Positions 39,238-50,260 of a stretch of DNA of 64,000 nt are shown in pieces (position 1 is the stretch's first letter; each line of letters starts with the position of its first letter). The stretch spans positions 62,001 through 126,000 of the IMG/VR virus record IMGVR_UViG_2897109615_000002; one strand, given 5' to 3'. The notes under the pieces are model-generated. The model was not told where the DNA came from. It ran no database searches and saw only the letters and a program-made list of their open reading frames with translations. Source of the DNA: an uncultured virus (IMG/VR IMGVR_UViG_2897109615_000002). Its lineage: Duplodnaviria > Heunggongvirae > Uroviricota > Caudoviricetes. Both the position numbers and the translations under genes were made by a program.

Positions 39238-40568
39238 TGAATAGTAGCAAATTTGTAGGTCAGCTCAAACAAAATAACGAGCAAATTAATAATCTTAAAG
39301 ATCAATTTTTCAGAACTGAATCACATATGTCAAATCATGAAAAACGCTTGAATGACAAAGTTGATGAGTTCATGGAGAAGCAGAATTTTGATTTAAAAAT
39401 GCATATTCAAAACAATGAGAATCCACATCATGTCACTAAAGAACAAGTCGGATTATCAAATGTGATCAATGAAGAGCAAGCCACAAAAGTGGATTTTGAT
39501 AGTCATCTTGACGATAAGGAAAATCCCCATTCAGTTACTAAAAGCCAAGTTGGCTTGGCTAAGGTTGATAATGTACAGCAAGCAGCGAAGGTTGATTTTG
39601 ACGCTCACAATGCAGACCTCGATCGACATATCACAAAGGATGAGCGCAGTTATTGGAACAGCTCCGATGAAAGGACGAAGGCTTTTTTAGCTGAACATAC
39701 TAACGATCAATCAAACCCACACAAGGTTACTGCTGAACAGGTTGGGCTCGGGAATGTAGACAATGTAAAACAAGCTACTAAAAATGACTTTGACAATCAT
39801 CTAAATGACACTAATGTCCATATCAACAAATCTGATCGGGATAAATGGAACGCTGCTCAACTTTTCAAACTCACTGCCGATGATGGAAAAGTAATCTACA
39901 AAGACAGTTCTGAAAAAACGGAATACAACGATTTGATTACCACCGGGTTCTATTTAATCGCCAACCAGGGACTACACTCCCCTGCTAACTTGTCCAATGT
40001 ATATTTGGTTGTCATGAATTATGGTGATACAATAGCCCAATTTGCTTTAGAAGCATATTACGGAACTCATAGTTATTTCCGATTTAGAAAGAGTGATTCA
40101 ACTTGGACTTCATGGCAAACACATGAAACGACCGACGGAGCACAAGCAAGAGCTACTGCTGCACTCAACTCAGCTAAAACCTATACCGATACCAAGCTTT
40201 CCTCTACGACATGGTACACTCCTACTTTACAAAACGGATGGGTTAATTACACTGATGCTAACTCTACAGATCAAACAGTGTTTAAAACTCGATATACAAA
40301 GGATGCTACAGGGACTGTTTTTGTTGAGGGCGCTATAGCAAAAGGAACAATTGGCTTTGGAGTGGCTGCGTTCACTTTGCCTGAAGGATACAGACCTGGA
40401 AGAGCGTTTCAGTGGGTTGGTGTAGCTTCCCAAGCAGGAATGTCAGGTGTCCCGCAAACTCACAGAGCACTTATTGACACCGACGGAAAAGTTATTATAG
40501 AAAATAGCTCAAACACCTCCAAACCCAATGATTACATTAGCTTAGGCTTTAGTTTTAAGGCCGTGTAG
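39237..40568 (+). CDS. Tail fibre-like protein (YomR-like) with NPHxVTxxQVGL repeats
   Basis: Three NPH-VT-QVGL repeats, knob-like domain, C-terminal LPEGYRP. Confidence 0.8.
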   Translation: MNSSKFVGQLKQNNEQINNLKDQFFRTESHMSNHEKRLNDKVDEFMEKQNFDLKMHIQNNENPHHVTKEQVGLSNVINEEQATKVDFDSHLDDKENPHSVTKSQVGLAKVDNVQQAAKVDFDAHNADLDRHITKDERSYWNSSDERTKAFLAEHTNDQSNPHKVTAEQVGLGNVDNVKQATKNDFDNHLNDTNVHINKSDRDKWNAAQLFKLTADDGKVIYKDSSEKTEYNDLITTGFYLIANQGLHSPANLSNVYLVVMNYGDTIAQFALEAYYGTHSYFRFRKSDSTWTSWQTHETTDGAQARATAALNSAKTYTDTKLSSTTWYTPTLQNGWVNYTDANSTDQTVFKTRYTKDATGTVFVEGAIAKGTIGFGVAAFTLPEGYRPGRAFQWVGVASQAGMSGVPQTHRALIDTDGKVIIENSSNTSKPNDYISLGFSFKAV

Positions 40569-40578
40569 GGAGAATATT

Positions 40579-40857
40579 ATGATGCAAGTATACAAATATG
40601 ACGAAAATTATATTTACGAATTCCCTGTTGTACTTGAAGACGATAGTCCGCTTCCTGATAATTGCACTACTATAGCTCCATCCGATGGTCTTTATATTCC
40701 TAAATTCAGTCCTAAAACGAAAAAATGGGTTGAGTCCGCCTCCAAAGAATACATTGACAGTTTAAAACCCCTTGACCCCGAGCCATCGGAAGCTGAAAAA
40801 GTTAAAAAACAATTAAGTGATTTAACATATCAACTAATGATGGATGGTGTACTTTAA
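40579..40857 (+). CDS. YomQ/XkdW-like fibre chaperone
   Basis: YKYDENY...NCTTIAP...WVES; synteny. Confidence 0.65.
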   Translation: MMQVYKYDENYIYEFPVVLEDDSPLPDNCTTIAPSDGLYIPKFSPKTKKWVESASKEYIDSLKPLDPEPSEAEKVKKQLSDLTYQLMMDGVL

Positions 40858-41010
40858 ATGAATTGGTATGAACTTATAAAAGATTATTACAACGATGGCA
40901 ATGGTGTGTGGGATGAATACCGAGTAGCGCAAGCTGTAGTAAAAGGGAAAATTACACCTGAACAGTACGAAGAAATTGTTGGAAAGAAATATATTGAACC
41001 AACTACCTAA
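40858..41010 (+). CDS. XkdX-family small protein (not in the ORF track)
   Basis: MNWYELIKDYY...KGKITPEQYEEIVG. Confidence 0.85.
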   Translation: MNWYELIKDYYNDGNGVWDEYRVAQAVVKGKITPEQYEEIVGKKYIEPTT

Positions 41011-41028
41011 TTATGATAATTTTAGGTT

Positions 41029-41877
41029 ATGAAAACAATAACTTTCATTACATTCATCAGTGCTTTAGTCTTACTTGGGGGATGTTCATTTAACGAAGTA
41101 GAAACATCAGCTACTGGATTAGGAAAAGGAAGCAGTAAACAATACGAGCCGTTAATGATTGCACATCGAGGCGCATCAGAAATTGAGCCAGAGCATACCT
41201 TACTCTCCTACGAACGAGCAATAAAAGACAAAGCAGACTACATTGAAATTGATTTAAGACAAACCAAAGACGGTCATCTAGTCGCAAATCATGATAAGAC
41301 TGTTGATCGAACCACAAACGGCAAAGGAGAAGTTGAGGATCTTACATTAGATCAGATTAAAAAGCTACGTACTGAAAAAGGGCAAAATATCTTAACGATT
41401 GAAGAAATAATTAAAAAGTTTGGACAAACTACAAACTATTATATCGAGACTAGAACAAACAACAAAGGCAAATTAGTAATGGAGAAAAAGTTAACTGACA
41501 TACTCTCTAAAAATAAATTAATCGTTAATAACAAAGTTGTTCTAGAATCATTTAGTGAAAAAAGTCTAAAGAAATTACATAAGCTTAACAGCCATGTGCC
41601 TCTTGTTCAACTTTTAAAAGATGAAGACGTAAAGAATATGAGCAATTCAAAGCTAAAAGAAATAAAAAAATATTCTAATGTTGTTGGCCCTAATGCCAAA
41701 TTGGTTGATAAAGATTTTGTTGAGAAAGTCCACAATAACCATATGAAAGTACATGTGTTTTTTGATACTGATAAAGAAAGAACATACACTTCCCAAATGC
41801 TGAAGTTAAAAGTTGATGGACTATTCACAAATAATCCAGCTTATACAGAAAAAGTTCTAAAAGAAGATTATAAATAA
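41029..41877 (+). CDS. Glycerophosphodiester phosphodiesterase lipoprotein (GlpQ-like)
   Basis: Lipobox LGGC; IAHRGAS, EHT, IEIDL, HD and GLFTN motifs. Confidence 0.9.
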   Translation: MKTITFITFISALVLLGGCSFNEVETSATGLGKGSSKQYEPLMIAHRGASEIEPEHTLLSYERAIKDKADYIEIDLRQTKDGHLVANHDKTVDRTTNGKGEVEDLTLDQIKKLRTEKGQNILTIEEIIKKFGQTTNYYIETRTNNKGKLVMEKKLTDILSKNKLIVNNKVVLESFSEKSLKKLHKLNSHVPLVQLLKDEDVKNMSNSKLKEIKKYSNVVGPNAKLVDKDFVEKVHNNHMKVHVFFDTDKERTYTSQMLKLKVDGLFTNNPAYTEKVLKEDYK

Positions 41878-41959
41878 AATACAAGTTTTATTTAGACACC
41901 TCTCCCCTTTTGAGGTGTCTTTTTTAATGTGTGCAGAGGATATATTAGGAGGAATTGAA

Positions 41960-42445
41960 ATGGCATCGAAAAAATTAAATCTTGGGTTGATCGAAGAAAG
42001 TGTAAGCAAATATGAAAAGAAAGAACGAGTGCAACTTACTGATGACGTTCATGTTTTTATTTACCCTTACTTCTCCCCTACCCGCTTAACCAAAATGCTT
42101 ACTGAATTAATTACTGATCCACAAAATGCTGAAGAAAAAAACATTGATTTTAAAAGCATAAATCCTGTTCAATGGGGATTCTTTTCACTAATTAAAGAAT
42201 TTACAGACTTGGGTATTCCAAGTGATATCAAAAACAAAGTAAAGTGGTTTGTTAAGCTTGTGGACTCTGAATTTTTCCCATTGATTATCAGTAGTTTCCC
42301 TGAAGAAAGCATGAAGAAATTTAGAGAAGCAACAAAGATGATGCAAGAAAATTTAGACAAACTGTCAAATATGTCTCAAGAAGAAATAAATGATCTTATC
42401 CTCAATAAGGTTGAAGAGATTGAAAATGAACAAGAGGCTGAATAA
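41960..42445 (+). CDS. YomO-like protein (tail chaperone candidate)
   Basis: ATG MASKK after AGGAGG; synteny. Confidence 0.65.
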   Translation: MASKKLNLGLIEESVSKYEKKERVQLTDDVHVFIYPYFSPTRLTKMLTELITDPQNAEEKNIDFKSINPVQWGFFSLIKEFTDLGIPSDIKNKVKWFVKLVDSEFFPLIISSFPEESMKKFREATKMMQENLDKLSNMSQEEINDLILNKVEEIENEQEAE

Positions 42446-42861
42446 TGGCCAAGAATATAAAAGAAATAGCAGCACTAATTGAATTTGCCGCGAAGCAAGC
42501 CGTTCAAAAACAGGGAAACACAAAAAATACGATGATTAAAACAGGTCAAGAGCATGTGCAATCTGATGTGTACGACGCCTACGATCCCCTGGAATATGAA
42601 CGCACATCTCTTTTGAAGGACTCCTTTGTCATTCAAAACGAATCTAACGGAATTTCATTAGACAATACCCGTGAAGACAACGGTAAGGATGTTGCCACGG
42701 TTGTTGAGACTGGTCAAGGATACACGTATCCAGATAAATACGGTTATGGTTACGGAAAACCTCGCTCATTTATGAAGAATACCGCTGAATCGTTAAAAGA
42801 TGGACGATTAGTTGCTGCTATGAAAAAAGATTTAAATACAAGTGGTATTAAAACAGAATAA
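42445..42861 (+). CDS. YomN-like tail completion protein
   Basis: YERTSLL and PRSFM motifs; synteny. Confidence 0.65.
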   Translation: MAKNIKEIAALIEFAAKQAVQKQGNTKNTMIKTGQEHVQSDVYDAYDPLEYERTSLLKDSFVIQNESNGISLDNTREDNGKDVATVVETGQGYTYPDKYGYGYGKPRSFMKNTAESLKDGRLVAAMKKDLNTSGIKTE

Positions 42862-42874
42862 CGGTGGTGTATTA

Positions 42875-43876
42875 ATGGCCAGAGAAATAAAACAAAACAT
42901 GATGCGCTCTAGAGCCGAAAAGTTGCCCGAAGTCACGGATGAAATGTGGGGTCAGGTTGATGACGAGCATAGAAGCTTAACTCAAGAGTTTCTTGACGCC
43001 CACTCATTCCGAGATAAAACCAGAAAGCAATACAACTCCTCTCTTCGTCAGTTCTTCTGGTGGGTACATAATTCCTTGAATGGGAAGAAGCTTTACAAAA
43101 TATCCAAAAGGGATTTCATCAGATATCAAAGCTTCCTGAAAAATAGAGGGATGTCTTCAAGTGGAATAGCTTTAAAAAAGGCTGGAGTATCTTCTTTAAA
43201 TAACTACATTGAAAATGTTGTTGCTGAAGATGACGATAATTACAAATCATTCAGGAACTTCACAAGAGGTCTCCCTGCCATCCCTAAAACAACCACGTAT
43301 GAAAAAGTAAAGGTTACTTACGATGAATACAGAACAATGATGAAAGTGCTTGAAGAAGATAAAAACTATTTGGGGATGGCTTGGTTAGCTACTGCCTTTA
43401 ATGTAGGTGCCAGAAGAGCTGAAATTATTCAGTTTAAAACCGAAATCCTGAATTATGAGATACCTGAAGGTCAATCTTATGTCATGGCTCACAAAGTTCT
43501 TGGAAAAGGAAAAGGCGAAGGAAAACCCCTCGACTACATGATTAACACAGAAGCACTGGAATATTTGAAGCTTTGGCACGAACAACGGGGATATGACCAT
43601 GAGTATCTATTTACTACACAGTACGGTGGCCAACCAAGACAAATGTCAGAGGGTTGGGCTGACTATTTTTGTTCTGATGTTCTTTCTGATATCCTTGGCC
43701 GCCGCATTAACCCTCACCTCTTTAAAGCCTCCTGTATTACTTACCTTCTTGAAGTCAAGAAAATTAAGATTGAGCTCGTGAGTAAATATGTTGCACAGCA
43801 TAATGATGTGTCTACAACAATTAAGCATTACGACCTTCGTGATTTTAAAGAAGAAAAGAATCAAATCTTCTCGTAA
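42875..43876 (+). CDS. yomM: Tyrosine recombinase (YomM-like)
   Basis: GARRAE, GKGK, PHLFK, QH, TTIKHY; 333 aa inside the tail module. Confidence 0.85.
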   Translation: MAREIKQNMMRSRAEKLPEVTDEMWGQVDDEHRSLTQEFLDAHSFRDKTRKQYNSSLRQFFWWVHNSLNGKKLYKISKRDFIRYQSFLKNRGMSSSGIALKKAGVSSLNNYIENVVAEDDDNYKSFRNFTRGLPAIPKTTTYEKVKVTYDEYRTMMKVLEEDKNYLGMAWLATAFNVGARRAEIIQFKTEILNYEIPEGQSYVMAHKVLGKGKGEGKPLDYMINTEALEYLKLWHEQRGYDHEYLFTTQYGGQPRQMSEGWADYFCSDVLSDILGRRINPHLFKASCITYLLEVKKIKIELVSKYVAQHNDVSTTIKHYDLRDFKEEKNQIFS

Positions 43877-43881
43877 ACATT

Positions 43882-44136
43882 ATGAGCCTCTTCAATCCTC
43901 ACCAAAGTTCAATTGAGAATATGCAACAGCAAATTAATAAATTGAACGAAGCTGTTGCTGAATTAACTAGGCAGCTTGATGCTAAAGCTGATAAGAACCA
44001 ATTCGGATCTAAACAGATTGATGAATCCAAGATCAGTGATGGTAAAGTTCTTGTTTACAACGCAAGCACCGGTAAACTTGAATACGGGAAGATTAAGAAA
44101 AGCTTGTTGGGTGACATATCAATTGATTTGCTTTAG
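43882..44136 (+). CDS. Small coiled-coil protein
   Basis: ORF; weak RBS. Confidence 0.5.
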   Translation: MSLFNPHQSSIENMQQQINKLNEAVAELTRQLDAKADKNQFGSKQIDESKISDGKVLVYNASTGKLEYGKIKKSLLGDISIDLL

Positions 44137-44173
44137 GCAGCACTCTTTATGAAATCCCTCTTTTATGCAGAAT

Positions 44174-44199
44174 CAAAATCCTTCAATTGAGGGATTTTG
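44174..44199. terminator. Bidirectional terminator candidate
   Basis: CAAAATCCTTCA/TGAGGGATTTTG stem between convergent genes. Confidence 0.6.
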
Positions 44200-44228
44200 C
44201 TTATGTTTAAAAACAACAGCCCCACACA

Positions 44229-44480
44229 TTAGTATGTAGGGTCTGGTTTTCCAATGAGATTTTTACAAACCTTTGAGATAACAATGCTAACAAGTAGAGT
44301 AGGAAAAACTATACTCATTGCAATTATTGCTCCTATTATTGAAGCACCAGCAAAATTCACAGCTTTAAACTGACTAAACAAAGATCCAGATAAACCTTCG
44401 AACAATAATAACATTGTTATCAAAACTCGGCCTTCCGTTGTCTTTAAAGCTAATATATAACGTTTAACCATAGTCATCAT
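44229..44480 (-). CDS. Small two-TM membrane protein (moron)
   Basis: ATG 44480 after GGAGGGG; TGnTACAAT -10 upstream. Confidence 0.65.
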   Translation of the reverse strand: MMTMVKRYILALKTTEGRVLITMLLLFEGLSGSLFSQFKAVNFAGASIIGAIIAMSIVFPTLLVSIVISKVCKNLIGKPDPTY

Positions 44481-44624
44481 ATTTAACACCCCTCCCCTTA
44501 AATATATTGTACCATTATTTAAGTTAAGAGTAAAAATAATCAATTTTACATATTATATTTTAATATGTCAATATTAAACATGTCCACTTCATTACCGATA
44601 TTTACAGAAGAGGTGGATATTAAA

Positions 44625-45104
44625 ATGTGGTTTAAAAAGAAGAAAAACAAAAAGAAGCCAGACAAATTAAACGAAGTATTGCTTGATTGGTCAGACGAAG
44701 ATTTGATTGATTATATAATTGACAGTTTTAGCTATGTCAAAACACGTAGTTCAAGGACGGAATTAAAACGCATACGACGTTTAAATAAGGATGTTATTGT
44801 ACTTGCGATAGCTAGAATGAAACAGATTGAAGAGGCTTCAGATAATTCTAAAATTGTTCCTGGTGTTCTTGCCAGTAGTACCTTTTTCGCTACCCAAATA
44901 ATAGCTTACTTAAAGTTTGACGTGCGAGATAATTCCCCTGAGCTACTTCTTTCACTGAGTTTTGGAGTTTTTTTAAGCATGATAATATTTCTACTTATCA
45001 CTTTTGGTTTGCGAAAAGGAAAAGATCATCGTTCAAATGCAGCGAGATACAGGAGTTTGCTTGAGGAAGTCAAATCAGAAAATAACAAGCAAGAGCATTC
45101 CTAA
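44625..45104 (+). CDS. YomK-like membrane protein
   Basis: ATG 44625 after GAGGTG; hydrophobic segments; synteny. Confidence 0.65.
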   Translation: MWFKKKKNKKKPDKLNEVLLDWSDEDLIDYIIDSFSYVKTRSSRTELKRIRRLNKDVIVLAIARMKQIEEASDNSKIVPGVLASSTFFATQIIAYLKFDVRDNSPELLLSLSFGVFLSMIIFLLITFGLRKGKDHRSNAARYRSLLEEVKSENNKQEHS

Positions 45105-45169
45105 CAATCCAGTTCTACACTTTTGGAAATCATGATATAATGTAGGAAAATAATACTGGCGGTGGTTGG

Positions 45170-45796
45170 ATGATTTGGGCTATCATTCTAATTTTAGTGG
45201 TTGGCGCTTTCATTATTATTGGGATTAGCGCTTCAGACAAACAAAAAGAAATAGACAAAAAAAGAGCCGGAGAGATTGTTACGGTTGGGAATTTCCCTTC
45301 TAATTATAAGTCCATCATAAATCCAGATAAAAATGCAAAGCTTACTTTAATTGATCCAGAAGATAAATTTGTAATTCACAGCTTCAAACAGGATGGAACA
45401 TTAGAAGAGAGAATTGTCCCCTTCAGCAAAATAATTCAAGCTGAAGTTACAATTGATGATAACACAGTTACAAAAGTGTCCAAAGGAAGTCAAATAACAG
45501 GCGCTGTTGTTGGTGGGTTAGCAGCAGGAAGTATTGGAGCGTTAGTTGGCGGGCTATCTTCTAATAAGACAGAAACAAAGTACTTCAAAAGAATTGATTT
45601 AAAATTAAAGCTCGATGATTTCTCTTCCCCTATTTACAGATTTGATTTCCTACCGAGTAAAGATGAATTTGGCCTAGAGAATGTTAAAGGGTTTAAACAG
45701 GATGATCCGAAAGTTAAAGATGCTTTATCAAATGCTGAAATATGGCAAGGTATTATGGAGATAGCAATACGGAAAGCAAACAAAGTCGCTCAATAA
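45170..45796 (+). CDS. yomJ: YomJ-like membrane-anchored protein
   Basis: GGLAAGSIGALVGG glycine zipper; ends KANKVAQ as remembered for SPbeta YomJ. Confidence 0.75.
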   Translation: MIWAIILILVVGAFIIIGISASDKQKEIDKKRAGEIVTVGNFPSNYKSIINPDKNAKLTLIDPEDKFVIHSFKQDGTLEERIVPFSKIIQAEVTIDDNTVTKVSKGSQITGAVVGGLAAGSIGALVGGLSSNKTETKYFKRIDLKLKLDDFSSPIYRFDFLPSKDEFGLENVKGFKQDDPKVKDALSNAEIWQGIMEIAIRKANKVAQ

Positions 45797-45859
45797 TGAG
45801 TGGCTTTTTTATGTGCCCTAAAAATCACTCTCCCCTACTCGAAAGGATGTGACCTATAT

Positions 45860-48800
45860 TTGAGTCAAGATTTAAAGATCATACTCACACCCAAAGCTGA
45901 TACTTCTTCAAAAACTGTCGAACAGTTAAATCAGCAAATTAAATCTTTAGAGAAAAAGCTAAATTCCCTTAATTTAAAGACCAATATTGATGCCTCTGCT
46001 TTAAAGACTCTCAACGAATTCTCCTCTGCAGTTGACACTTATCAAAAACATCTCAAATCCTTCAATCAAACAGTTAAAGAAACTACAACGATTACCAGAA
46101 ATGCTGATGGCACTGTTGAAAAGCTTACGCAGCAGTATAAGAAAAATGGCGAAATCATTCAGCGTGAAACAAAGACCATAGACAATCGTAATCAATCATT
46201 ACGTGAACAAACACAAGAAGTTAACAGGCTTGCTCAAGCCACTGAAAAACTTGGTCAGGTACAGAAAAGAACAGAACAAAAGAATTCTCAAGGACAAACA
46301 ACGAGAGTTACTCAAAAGAACCGCAATGGCTTCGATGATATAACTTATACGACTGACCCAAAAACAAACGCTACTTCATCAAAAGTAACAACGAATTATG
46401 ATCAACAACGAAACGCTATTGAACAATTAAAGCTGGATTTAGAAAAACTTAGACAACAAGGAATTGTAACCGATACTACCCTCTCTTCTCTTGGCCGGAA
46501 ATTAAACACTGCTCAAACAGCACAACAAATTGAAGCATTACAAAACAGAATTAAGATGCTCGATGATAAGTCTGCTGCTGTGGCGAAAAATAATGAACTC
46601 AGAAAAACTATTGAGTTGTATCAACGCCAAGCGCAGGTAAACGTACAAAACCTTAATACACGTTACGGCGATACAATGGGTGCCGGCAATAGACAAGCTA
46701 CTCAAGATTATTTAAATGCAGTAAATAGTCTTAATGTAAGTGCCGGCGGTAGTAATATCAGATCTCAAATGCAAAGCTTGAACATGCAATTCAGGGAATT
46801 AGCTTCAAATGCTCAAACAGCGTCTAGTCAAGCCTCGTCTTTTGGTGCGGAGCTAACTCAAGCTTTCAAAAGCATGTCTACATATTTAATCTCCGGTTCT
46901 TTGTTCTATGGTGCTATATCTGGGCTCAAGGAAATGGTCTCCCAGGCTGTTGAAATTGATACTCTAATGACAAACATCAGACGTGTAATGAATGAGCCTG
47001 ATTATAAGTACAATGAGCTACTCGAGGAATCAATAAACCTAGGAGACACCCTTTCAAACAAGATCACTGACATACTTCAAATGACTGGCGATTTCGGGCG
47101 TATGGGGTTCGATGAAAGTGAACTGTCCACTCTAACAAAAACCGCTCAGGTACTTCAAAACGTCTCTGACTTGACTCCTGACGACACAGTTAACACTTTA
47201 ACTGCCGCAATGTTAAACTTCAATATTGCTGCGAATGATTCTATCTCAATTGCAGATAAGCTTAATGAAGTCGATAACAACTATGCTGTAACTACTCTTG
47301 ACCTAGCGAATTCGATTCGAAAAGCAGGAAGCACCGCTTCCACTTTTGGCGTTGAATTAAACGATCTGATTGGTTATACTACAGCAATTGCAAGTACCAC
47401 CCGTGAATCAGGAAACATTGTTGGTAACTCACTTAAAACCATTTTTGCACGTATTGGGAATAATGACAGCTCAATTAAAGCCTTAGAACAGATTGGTATT
47501 TCTGTGAAAACTGCCAGTGGTGAGGCGAAATCTGCTACTGATTTAATTAACGAGTTAGCAGACAAATGGAATACCCTCAGCGATGCTCAAAAACAAAATA
47601 CCTCAATAGGTGTAGCGGGCATTTATCAGCTTTCTAGATTTAATGCCTTGATGAATAATTTCTCCATATCACAAAATGCAGCGACCACTGCAGCTAATTC
47701 CGCAGGAAGCGCTTGGAGTGAACAGCAGAAATACGCTGACAGTTTACAGGCAAGATTAAACAGGCTGTCAAACGCATTTACAGAAATGTCGGTTGCCTCA
47801 AGTGAAGCCTTCATCTCTAATAGCATTGTTGTTTTTGCAGATGCACTTAAAGGATTAATGCAAACAAGTGCTCAAATTACTAAAACAGTCGGGCTCCTCC
47901 CTCAAGTTTTTGGTTCTGCGACAACTGCAATCCTGCTTTTCAACACCTCTCTTCGTACAGCTACCATCTCAACTGGAATGTCTGCAATATCAACCCTTAA
48001 AAATCTTGTCTTAAACTTTAATGCTGTTGGGCTTGGTGCAACAACAGCTTCAGCTAAAACTGCAGTTTGGACACGAGTGGTTAATGCTTCAAGCGTTGCG
48101 ATGAGCAATCTAAAGAAAGTCGCAGTCTCGACAAGCGCTTTTTTAGCAGGCAGTTTTCTTCCAATGGCAGCTATGGTTGGACTTGGCGTCGTTATTGAGA
48201 AACTCATTTCCTCTTATTCTGAATTAAAACAAGCTAGGGAAGACTTTGAACAAGCTAAAACTACTAGCATTGAAGCAATTACAACCAATAAAGATGAAAC
48301 TGATAAACTGATTAGCCAATACAAAGAACTGCAAAAGGCTAAAGATGGCGGGGCTTTATCAGCCAATCAGGAGCAAGAATACCTACAAGTAACACAACAA
48401 TTAGCACAAACATTCCCGAATTTGATCGCTGGTTATGATTCTCAAGGGCAAGCAATCTTAAAGAAAAACCAAGCACTTAAGGATGCTATAAAGTACACTG
48501 AAGACCTTAGTAATTTAAACAAAAAAGACATTCAAACAGGTGCCAATAGTAACTTTAAGCAAAGCTTAAAAGACATTGATAAACTCAATGATAAGATTAA
48601 ACAGTATAAGCAGGTTGCTGATTATTATAAAAACGGCAAGAGCTGGGATATTTTCTCTTCTGAAAATGACAAAAAAAATCAAGGTATTAAAGCTGAACAA
48701 GATGCACTACGTACTGAACAAGAGCTATCCAGCTCACAGGCTAAAATTAGAGAGCAAGTGCAACAGACAATTGATGCCTTTAACTCAATAAAGATAAATC

Positions 48801-50260
48801 CGAATCTTTCAAGGGAAATATCTAACGCATTCGATAAAATCGACTTCAGCAAAATGAATGCAGATGAACTTGAGTCATTTTCAATAAATGTTTCGAAATA
48901 CATGGATAATATCCAAAAAGCTCTGCAATCGGGCAATAAAAATAATTTTGATTCCGCCTCTAAAAGCTTAGAACAGCTCGTTAATCAATATATGAGTGGC
49001 AAAGATAAAGCTAATGGTTTGGCTTTATCTTATGATGACCTTAAAACTGCCATTGACTCTACAAATGATTCTGCACAAACTGCAAAAGTAACATGGGATG
49101 AAAATGGTGAAGGTGTAGATGCATTAGGTGAGCAAGTCGGGAATTTATCTGACAAGCTCAAAGAGGCTAAAGGTGATTTTGAAGCAATTAAAGGAATCAT
49201 CGATGATTTAGTTGAATCGAAACAAAATGATGCTGCTATATCTGCCATTCAAAATGAAGCTTATGACACTATGTCTGACAGCATCTCCCCTTTAAATAGC
49301 CTCCTTGAGAAAATGTCTGAAGGTAAAAGTATATCTGCAACAGAAGCCATGAAGCTTATTCAGAAAGAACATGATCTTGCTGATGCAATTTCAGTTGAAA
49401 ATGGTGTTGTAAAAATCAACAGAAATGCAGTTGTTAAGCTTCGGGACACAAAACTCAAAGCTTACAATGATATGCAACAATCTGTAAGACAAGATCTAAT
49501 TAATCAGGCTAATGCATTAAACAAAAAGATTAATATGTATAAGTCTGAAGTCAAGGCTATCAAGACTGTTCAAGACGCTTATAAAATGAAGTCTGAGCTT
49601 GAAGATAACAAGAAAAAGATATACGACGAACTAAAAAAAGGGAACAGTGGTGCGCTGCAGTTCCTACCGAAAACACAGGATGATTTAAATCAGGTCACTG
49701 ATATCACTGATCAGCTTAAAGAGCTTGATAAACTAGCCGATTTGGCTTCAACTTCCCTATCTGAAACAGGAACATCTCTTGATGACCTGTCTTCTTCAAG
49801 TGATAAAGCCTCTGAGGAAATGAAAACATCTATGTATGTGGCTGATAAATACAAGGAAGCTCTGGAGAAAGTCAACGCTGAAGTTGAAAAGTACAATAAG
49901 CAGGTAAACGACTATCCAAAGTATTCTCAAAGTTATCGAAATGCCCTGCAGAAAGAAATTAAAGCTCTCCAACAAAAGAAAAAGCTTATGCAGGAGCAAG
50001 CCAAACTCCTCAAGGATCAAATTAAGTCAGGGAACATTACACAATACGGTATTGTAACCTCTTCCCTCTCCGCTGGTTCATCTTCTGGTAGTTCTTATAC
50101 TTCCGGTGGCGGGTCTTACTCCGGTAAATACTCCAGTTACATTAATTCTGCGGCAAGTAAATACGGTGTTGATCCAGCTCTAATTGCAGCTGTGATTCAG
50201 CAAGAATCTGGTTTCAATGCAAGAGCTCGTTCTGGAGCTGGAGCTGCTGGTTTGATGCAG
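45860..50260 (+). CDS. yomI: Tape measure / lytic transglycosylase CwlP, exon 1
   Basis: TTG start MSQDLKIILTPKADTSS; tape-measure domain; SLT motif QQESGFN; ends GLMQ at the intron boundary. Confidence 0.92.
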
